From Octopus vulgaris (lineage: Eukaryota), in the NCBI GenBank assembly GCA_951406725.2, contig OX597826.1, positions 60,098,001 through 60,160,000 on the forward strand: 62,000 nt of DNA, in the 5' to 3' direction. The notes beneath the pieces are model-generated. The model was not told the origin of the DNA, searched no databases, and saw nothing but the letters and a program-made list of their open reading frames with translations. Below are positions 53,010-62,000 of this stretch, piece by piece; the first letter of the stretch is position 1, and each line of letters opens with the position of its first letter. Position numbers and translations under genes: made by a program.

Positions 53010-54018
53010 CATATGCGTATCATATATGTCATAATATATTCAAAATTCCGATGCAGATTGCTAAGTAGCGAGTTAAGTGCCCGTAAGTATATATATATTG
53101 AGTGTGTGTGTTTGTGTGTGTGTGCATAATATATATATATATATATTCATACACATAGGAGTACATATATGTATATATTTATATAGATATATGTATATAT
53201 ATATATTTATATATATATGTGTATGTGTGTGTGTGCATATATACATATATATATACATATCTATGTGCCAGTATGTGTGTGCATAAGTATGTATCTGTAT
53301 ATAAAGGTGCATAGTGAAAGTCTGAGGATGGGGAGGAGAAGCTGTTAAAAGTAGCCCCAGTAGCCGTACTTGTTAATTAAATTTATCCAATTGCTTGCCT
53401 TGCAGAATACAAAATTGTGTGTTTTAAAGAGGGTCTATTATTGCAATTTCTATCTTGTCTTTATTATAATGGCTGTGTTTGTCTTGCACTTTATATATTT
53501 ATTATGTATTTATATTTGTGTGTTTTTATGAATTGTATGTATGTATGTGCGCTTGTATGTATATTTGTATATACATATATGTTTATATACATATATATAT
53601 CTATAAACATATATATATATATATTCATAATAATACATATGAAATATGTATTATTAGCGTTCATATATGCGTTTCTATATACATATTTCTATGTGTGTAT
53701 GTATTTTTATAATTATATATGTTCTTATTGTAGAGGGATAGGAATAGATAAAGAATGCATTAATATGAGAAGTGATGATGATGGTGGGGAGAATGATGAG
53801 GCTTTTTTAAAATGGCTGCAATATGTTAAAGCGCTATGTTTAAATTCTCACGTCAATGAAAATGTTAACGTTAAGAAGGTTCTTCAGAAAATACAGAAGA
53901 AGCAACTGGGAATCAACGAGTAGAATATATATATCCAAGATAGAAAAGAACGAAAAGAACGAAAAGAAAGAATTGTAGAAATACGTGAAGAGTAAGAGAA
54001 AGGGAAGTGACAAACAGT

Positions 54019-54062
<44 letters not shown>

Positions 54063-54619
54063 CAGAGACAGAGACAGAGACAGAGATAAGGAGGAGAGGG
54101 CGGGAGAGATAGTGGGAGAGAATGGAATAATTATTCGAGGGAATAAATGTATATGAAATGCATGAATATACAATTTGAAGAACTGAAATGATGACATTAA
54201 CATCGACGACTAAGACGACGACGATGACGAAGAAGACGACGACGACGACGACAATGATGATGATGATGATGATGGGGAGGACCTGGAGGAGAAGCAGGAG
54301 GAGGAGGATCAGGAAGATGACGACGGCGAAGTTGATGATTGTGTTAATGATGTCTGTGCTGTTAATGAAAGAGGCTGTTGCGAGTGTGATGACGGTGATA
54401 TCAGTTGCGATGGGTTGTAATAACACAGGAAGATATAGATTGATAGGAAACGCGTATATAGGGTTACCTGCTATCATAAAACGCCCAATCATACTCTGAC
54501 ACTCCGAAACACAAGCCATAATATATCCATAGATATAGAGGGATGCACACTCACTAACTTACTAAATAGTTTATATAATGAGTTCATCTTTTCGTTTCTA
54601 AAACAGGTTTAAAATATGA

Positions 54620-54985
54620 TTTACCAACCACATGGTTCCGGGTTCAGTCCCACTGCGTGGCACCTTGGGCAAGTGTCTTCTACTATAGCCTCGGGCCGAC
54701 CAAAGCCTTGTGAGTGGATTTGGTAGACGGAAACTGAAAGAAGTCCGTTGTATATATATATATATATGTATGCGCGTGTATGTTTGTGTGTCTGTGTTTG
54801 TCCCCCTAGCATTGCTTGACAACCGATGCTGGTGTGTTTATGTCCCCGTCACTTAGCGGTTCGGCAAAAGAGACCCATAGAATAAGTACTGGGCTTACAA
54901 AGAATACGTCCTGGGGTCGAGTTGCTCGATTAAAGGCGGTGATCCAGCATGGCCGCAGTCAAAATGACTGAAACAAGTAAAAAGA
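54620..54985 (+). mobile_element. SINE family A lacking the A-box head
   Basis: Starts at TTACCAACCACATGG; rest near consensus. Confidence 0.9.
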
Positions 54986-55392
54986 GAAAAAGAGAGAGAG
55001 AGTAGTTTTGACAAAAAATTTTTAGCAAGGTTCATTAATCACACAAAAACGTTTCCATTAGTTTAGTGTATGTTGAAAGATCAGGAGAGTGCAAAGAAAG
55101 TTAATTTTTGTGCAGCATAGTCAGTAGACTGCGTTGCGATTATATGTCCCCTAGCTTCTAGGTTGCTTCTCAAAATATGCTTTTTTGTCTTATTGCGTTT
55201 ATATGGATGATTTTAAAGGATTTGTTAAAACACAGCTACGATATAAATATTCATTTCTTTGTGACACAATGATGTTTAGTAGAAGGAGAAGGTTCACTCG
55301 AAAACTAGAATAGTTCTTTTATTCATAACACACCTAATATAATCATTCGTCAATTAGACGAAACACGGAATATAAAGCAACTACAATATTAT

Positions 55393-55880
55393 TTCCTACT
55401 CTAGGCACAGAGCCCGAAACTTTTGAGGAGGGGGCCAGTCGATTAAATAGACCCCAGTATGCAACTGGTACTTAATTTATCGGCCCCGGAAGGATGAAAG
55501 GCAAAGCTAACCTCTGCGGAATTTGATCTCAGAACGTAGACAGACGAAATACCTATTTCTTTACAACCCACAAGGGGCTAAACATAGAGTGGACAAACAA
55601 CGACGGAGAAAAGGATTAAGTCGTTTACATCGACCCCAGTGCGTAACTGGTACTTAATTTATCAACCCCGAAATGATGAAAGGCAAAGTCGACCTCGGCG
55701 GAATTTGAACTCACAACGTCACGGCAGACAAAATACCGCTAAGCATTTCGCCCACCGTTCTAACGTTTCTGCCAGCTCGCCGCCTTAAACCAACTACAAT
55801 ATTCATTTCTACTTTGGGTACAAGGCCTGAAAATTTTTTTTCGGGGAGCGGGGTAGTCGAATTGATCGACGTCAGTATGA
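55393..55880 (-). mobile_element. Stack of three SINE family B copies or fragments
   Basis: 55393-55560 (5'-truncated), 55560-55790 (full) and 55805-55880 (3' fragment); all minus strand. Confidence 0.85.
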
Positions 55881-56669
55881 AACTAATGAAAGCGCAGCAA
55901 CTCCGTTGCAACAGCTCTGAAGATAAAATCGTTGCCAAATCTCGACAATTAAATGAGGAGTTCACCATGTAATTAACTAATCAATTTCGTGCCTTTCACG
56001 CCTTCGAGTAACTGCTGCGTGTGTTATTCTTTACGCTACGGGAGTTTAAAAACCATGTAACCTTAATAAATAATTGCATTAGCAATATTCTACAAACTAC
56101 ATTGAAGTAGTCTAACGTCACCGAGAACATACAACGATGGTGAAAAATACACAGAGGTGTCTCACGTACCTATCAATATATTATAACGCTATTCTTAATC
56201 GATGACACAATCAACGCCTTTCTTCACCGCCAAAATTATGTCTAATTAAATAACAGATACGCTACATGGTATATGCACAACGTAATACCTGTTTGCTACC
56301 GGGAATCATTGTACACTATGATCTATGTCTCCTCAGACAGACAGCTGTTTAGATAACGATCATTCATTCATTTTATATATTTCCCTGGCTAGACGTTTTG
56401 TCTGAAAATGTCTGACAGTTTACATTACAGCTGCGCTCAATCTATTTTTTTCGGAAAAAGAGGAGGCGGGGGTAATATAACTTCCGGACTCTTTCGCATT
56501 TTCTCATATTTTCTATAATTGTCTTAAACTTCAATTACGCCGATACATACTTCTCCTTAAGTTTATAAATTAGCACAATGGATATATATAATATATATAT
56601 ATATATATATAAATACATATATGTATCATAACGAGGGGACAGCTACCATATATATATATATATATATAT

Positions 56670-56900
56670 ATAGTTAATCCAAACATGAACAAAGAGAAAA
56701 CACAATAACACGAGGACGTGGAACAAGTATAGTGTTATTTGACGCTCAGGAAAGGAAAGAAAGAATGGGAATTTAACGTTTCGAACGGAGCACTTCGTCA
56801 GAAATATACAAAAAAATGAAAAATCCAAGAATGGGAAGACGGAGAAAGAAAATCGCCAAAGATAGACTCACGGTCACATATTGAAGCGACCGGAAGGGAA
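56670..56900 (-). mobile_element. PLE pseudo-LTR fragment (family F2) abutting (TA)n
   Basis: AGTTAATCCAAACATGA...GAGGACGTGGAACAA...GACGCTCAGGAAAG homologous to 37181-37380. Confidence 0.75.
56771..56805 (-). ncRNA. Minimal type-I hammerhead motif, canonical core, weakened stem II
   Basis: AUUU-CUGACGA-A-GUGC-UCC-GUUC-GAAA-CGUU-AAAU. Confidence 0.6.
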
Positions 56901-58494
56901 TGGGGGGAAGTTCATTCAAAGACAGTAGAGTGCAAGAGAATGAGGTATGTGTGTGTGGGGGATGTATATATATATATAATAGATACAACATTGCATGATT
57001 TCGGATGCGTCCTTAATTTCTTGTTAGATTCATAGAAAGGAGGTTGCGAGATACACCGTATTTTCGGCAGGGGAGACCTTTCCTTCCAAAAGGAAAGAAA
57101 AACATAGCAGTATGAAAAGAACTGACACCAGTTCAAGCTTGGTACTTCGTCCGTCGAACTCAATAGAAAGAAAGAAAGTGTTAATGTAATCTGGATTTGA
57201 ACTCAGTGCGCACTGAGCCGGGTGATTGTACAAAACGATTTCTTCGATTCTTTCACATATATGTAAGTGTACATATACGTATGTATGTATGTATGTATGT
57301 ATGTATGTATGTATGTATGTATGTATGTATGTATGTATGTATGTATGCATGTATGTATGTATGCATGCATGCATGCAATATTATTAATAAATATCTTAGC
57401 AGACAATAATGGATGAATGAAATTAAATAAAAACAGTTGATAATGATGCCGATATTAGCTTTCATGTTTATGGTTGGGGTGGTTTTGATGATCACGATGA
57501 TGATGATGACGATTACGATGATGATGTGATGATAATTACATTATTTTATTTGCGGGCAATGTTCCAAAGTCGTGTTGGTTTTACAAGGCAGGAATTGAAT
57601 ATTCTTACAAAAAGTGTCGGCGGATTTATGCTATATATGACTGCAAAATTAATCACAATAAAAACTGAGTTAAGATGACATAACAACTTGTAACTATAAC
57701 GATAAAGAAAGACAGAATCATCGGGGAGAACAATAAAACATAAATTGGTAAATTTTACACAAACCTCGAATATACTTAACGCGCGAAAGACAAGGGTTTA
57801 GGACCAATCCTTAGTTCAGTGTCATAAGTCCACGCAGTCTCAGAAATTTTGCCACTCTCACGCACATTTCATTAAAAACCTGGAAAATATTACATCCATT
57901 TTATTCATTCAAACATGTTAATATGTGCTGATAGTGGTACACATTTAGGCGCAAGCTGCACTGACAGTTTGAACGTCTACGTCTGCTGAAGGTTGTATGT
58001 CTTTATATAATCTAGGTACGCATACATGTTTGTAAATGCGGCTAGGCTCCGTGCGTTAGTATTTGCTCATTAGGACATTGAAGTATTTAACACAGTGACA
58101 AGAATATTTCGTTACAGATTGGTTGGTCAAGTTATGACCCCCTTCTCATGAAACATGCCACAACAGGCTATGTTTATTGTCCCACTGTTTACAATTTTAC
58201 CATTTCGTTACTCGGTCTCTCTCTCTCAATCTACTGCACCCAAAAAAACATATCTAATTAGATTTCACATTGAATATAGTTGGTTAGAGAATTATTATTG
58301 CTGTCGAACAGATTTTCGAAATCAGCAAATGTATTTTGCTTGAAAATCTATATAAATATCCTGCAGAGTGGGTTGTTCGTCGAGGAAGCGGTTGCCTACC
58401 ATACGTTGATAATAGGCAAACACCTTGAAACCTAGGTCCGTGTGTGGTTTCCGCTTCATCGGGGAATTATCTCCCTTTGCAGGATAGAGGACGC

Positions 58495-58614
58495 CGTGAT
58501 GGTGTCAAGCCTATCTGGCGACGTTGATGTTCGCCTGGTGCTAAATGCAACAGTAACACCCCCACCACCCTGCCCTGTCCCTAGCCATATTCAGATGGCT
58601 TTAGTCCCTTATGT

Positions 58615-58620
<6 letters not shown>
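58495..58620 (-). mobile_element. Repeat family E fragment
   Basis: Minus strand GGGTGTTACTGTTGCATTTAGCACCAGGCGAACATC resembles 33308-33350. Confidence 0.5.
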
Positions 58621-58699
<79 letters not shown>

Positions 58700-58707
<8 letters not shown>

Positions 58708-58946
58708 ATATTTCGGAATGGTCATATTGCCAGTTTAGCCAATAAAAACACACGCACTATATATTTGGTGTTATTTTGCTTCAGTGATATTTATTTTTAC
58801 ATTAATCTTAATCTTATTTTGGCCGAAATAAGATTAAGATTAATGTAAAAAATAAATATCACTGAAGCAAAATAACACCAAATATATAGTGCGTGTGTTT
58901 TTATTGGCTAAACTGGCAATATGACCATTCCGAAATATAACAATAT
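58700..58946. repeat. Near-perfect 247-bp palindrome centred on GGCC
   Basis: Arms differ by one 1-nt indel and one T/G pair next to the centre (58822/58823). Confidence 0.92.
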
Positions 58947-59000
58947 CTGTTTCAACACACGACTTCACATAAAAAATCTTGCACAACAAATATTTAAACG

Positions 59001-59034
<34 letters not shown>

Positions 59035-59060
59035 CATACGTATATATACATATCTATATC

Positions 59061-59102
<42 letters not shown>

Positions 59103-59224
59103 CGTACATATATGTATAATATATTATATGTATATATATATATATATATATAGATATATATATATATATACACAGACACAAAAAAAAGAGAAAGAAACAA
59201 TGATATTTGGAGAGTAAAATATGT

Positions 59225-59525
59225 ATACTCTTTTACGTGTTTCAGTCATTTTACTGTGGCTATGCTGGAGCACCGCCTTTAGTAAACACACCAGCATCGG
59301 TATCCAGTGATGTTGGTGGACAAACACTCACACACAAACACACACACACACACATACATATATATACATATATACGACGGGCTTCTTTCAGTTTCGTCTA
59401 CAATATCCACTCACGAGGGTTTGGTCGGCCCGAGGCTATAGTAGAATACACTTGCCCAAGGTGCCACGCAGTGGGACTGAAGATGGAATCATGTGGCTCG
59501 AAGGAAGCTACTTACCACACAGCCA
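59225..59525 (-). mobile_element. SINE family A with a large internal deletion
   Basis: Tail and head both present; GAGCAAATCGACC...CGTAAACAC segment missing. Confidence 0.8.
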
Positions 59526-59819
59526 ATTTTACACCTATGTATGTACATATATATAAGTATATATTTATGTATACGAGGGTGCTTGAATACCTGTGCTAAA
59601 TGCAATGGCAGGTAACGGTGGGGGAAGTTTTGGTTTAATGGTTATCACTATGGAGACACAATTGACAGGCACATGGTTCGTTTCCCTGAGGTGATTTTGT
59701 TCAGTTTTGTGCGTCTTATGCAGCGCTGTGAATGTATTTAAATCTTAAGCATTTACATCATATTAGACAGGCACAACTATACACACACACAAAAACATAC
59801 ATACATACATACATACATG

Positions 59820-59887
<68 letters not shown>

Positions 59888-59976
59888 CACATATATAATA
59901 TGTTATATAATATAATAAATTACATACGTATATATATTTTTTATTTTTATATGTATATATATATACATACACACAC

Positions 59977-60010
<34 letters not shown>

Positions 60011-60654
60011 ATGTGTGTGTGCTTATGTGTGTGTGCGTGTGTGTGTGTATGTGTGTGTGTGTGGGGGGGGGGTATGTATTCCAATATAAACAAAGGTATT
60101 CCAATACAAACACGTGCGGGACCGATGAGCTTAAAATTATGTTAATTCTACCATTGAAATACGGATTAATTCTTTAAAATATTACAAAATAAAATGTAAA
60201 TGGCTAATCATATATTACGAAAACATTTATATTTAATACCTTATAATATACAATAAGCTTCTTATATTTTAAATCTGCTGAAATTCTGAGTTTTCACATG
60301 TACACGCAGATGCTGACAAATCCAATGCATTGAACGTATTTGTGAAACATCCATAAACTTTTTAATGGCCTCTGACACGGCACATACAAACAAGCGCTTA
60401 CTTAGTAACTTAAATGAAACAACGGATTGATAATAACTACTGAGATCCATAACTAAATAATATTTGCTAATATGCGCATATTCTGCTGTGAAATTTGTTA
60501 AGAAATCGTACCTAGCTTAACTGTAACTATGTTGCTAATTTCTCAGCATTGAAGATTTTTTCTCTTACTGTTAATAACGTTTAAAATCATATGACCAGTT
60601 ATACAATGAAAACATACTGGTACTTTATAAATAATTTCTTTTAAGATTAAGGAG

Positions 60655-60815
60655 ATATGGCTGCGTGGTAAAAAAGTTTGCTTCTCAATCACATAGTTCG
60701 GGTTTCTGTCCCACTGCCTGACAATTTGGACAAGTGCCGTGCATCATAGTCTCAAGCCGATCAGACCCTTGTAAGTGGATTTGATAGGCGGAAACTGAAA
60801 GAAGCTCGTCGTACT
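60655..60815 (+). mobile_element. SINE family A 5' half, degenerate
   Basis: TGGCTGCGTGGTAA...GGAAACTGAAAGAAGCTCGTCG. Confidence 0.75.
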
Positions 60816-60910
60816 TATATATATATATTTATATATATATACATGTCTCTACGAGAGATTTAGAAATTTAGTATTTCTGATATATATATATATGTGTGTG
60901 TGCGTGTGTA

Positions 60911-61015
<105 letters not shown>

Positions 61016-61067
61016 GAAAAAACAAGTCAAATTAGAAAATGCTAAAGTAATTTTATAAAGAACATTT

Positions 61068-61105
61068 CAGTACCGGTTTCGGTCATTTTGAGACCTTTTC
61101 AACTG
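61068..61105 (-). ncRNA. Minimal type-I hammerhead motif with a U3-A8 core variant
   Basis: CAG-UUGAAAA-GGUC-UCAAAAU-GACC-GAAA-CCGG-UA-CUG: stems I and II intact, palindromic ACCGGU stem III, GUA site. Confidence 0.6.
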
Positions 61106-61234
61106 TAACGATTAAATAGAAAAATTAAAAGAAAAGATTTTTTAAAGGAATATTTGTATAGTGTTCAAATATAAGTGGCATTCTGCCTTTCTCTGCCTCC
61201 CTTGTTTGCGCTTGTGTGTTCTAGGCCGTTGTGG

Positions 61235-61298
<64 letters not shown>

Positions 61299-61404
61299 TA
61301 CATATATATATATGTATACATATATATATGTATACATATAAAAAAAACAGTAATACAGAGATAAAATACTCAAACTTTTTTAAAATACCTTTTAAAATCA
61401 AGGA

Positions 61405-61790
61405 TATGAGGGTGTGTGGTTAGAAGCTTGTTTCCAAACGACATGGTTCTGGGTTCAGTCCGACTATGTGGCGCCTAGAGCAAGAGTCTTCTACGATAAC
61501 TTCGGGTTGACCAGAACCTTGCCACTAGATTTGATAGACGGAAGCTGAAAGAAGCCCGTCATATATATGCGAGAGTGTGTCTATGTATCTATGTTTTTCA
61601 CGCCACCATCGCCCCACACCCAATATTGGGGTGTTTACGTCCCCATAACTTAGCAGTTGATAAATATAATCGATAGAGTAACAGCTAGGATAACATAGAA
61701 TGAGTTCTGCTCTCGATTTCTTCGACTAAACGCATTAAGGTGGTGCCCCAACATCGCCGCAATCAAATGATTGAAGGAAGCAAAAAAATA
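61405..61790 (+). mobile_element. Older diverged SINE family A copy
   Basis: Degenerate head, core and tail (GGTGGTGCCCCAACATCGCCGCAATC). Confidence 0.75.
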
Positions 61791-61802
61791 TACACACACA
61801 CA

Positions 61803-61854
<52 letters not shown>

Positions 61855-61857
<3 letters not shown>

Positions 61858-61950
61858 AGGACTGGCTGTGTGATAAGTAGTTTGCTTACAATGCACAAGG
61901 TTCTGGGGTCAGTCCCATTGTATGACACCTTGGGCAAGTGATTTCTACTG
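61855..61950 (+). mobile_element. SINE family A 5' fragment
   Basis: TGGCTGTGTGATAAG...GGGTCAGTCCC...CACCTTGGGCAAGTG. Confidence 0.75.
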
Positions 61951-62000
61951 TAATGAAATTACGACATGCATATGGTGCGTTATAAGAATTTATAGAAAGG

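Noticed and set aside
53884-54519. 211-aa and 103-aa ORFs and an acidic D/E reading
   Set aside because: Degenerate GAC/GAT/GAG triplet and (GA)n repeats; the acidic frame is bounded by stops with no splice signals.
58483-58560. Strong-looking acceptor CTCCCTTTGCAG with a short open frame
   Set aside because: Overlaps repeat family E on the opposite strand.
59572-59600. TACGAGGG mariner-like TIR start (also at 37582)
   Set aside because: No partner TIR or transposase found nearby.

Overview
AT-rich, microsatellite-saturated eukaryotic DNA. The repeat families and composition resemble Octopus (coleoid cephalopod); this is recognition, not a database result. No intact host gene can be identified, and nearly all listed ORFs are translations of (TA)n, (TG)n, (TACA)n, (ATCT)n or triplet repeats, or of SINE bodies. 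Supported content: at least four tRNA-derived SINE families (about 25 copies or fragments), a Penelope-like element (PLE) 3' remnant with a GIY-YIG endonuclease, several PLE pseudo-LTR fragments sitting in (TA)n, a 5' mariner fragment, a CR1/L2-type LINE fragment, two R4/Dong-type LINE fragments, and a Helitron/Helentron-like non-autonomous element. The most notable signal is a set of minimal type-I hammerhead-ribozyme (HHR) motifs from several unrelated repeat families. One has an intact core and stem II (33597-33630, -), and one shows a U3-A8 compensatory core change (61068-61105, -). Four long fold-back palindromes (6561-6851, 37177-37489, 41971-42120, 58700-58946) have an inverted arm starting at or next to an HHR-like remnant. 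Weak candidates for host exons (minus strand, 2-4.6 kb) and a promoter/first exon (about 9 kb) are flagged at low confidence.
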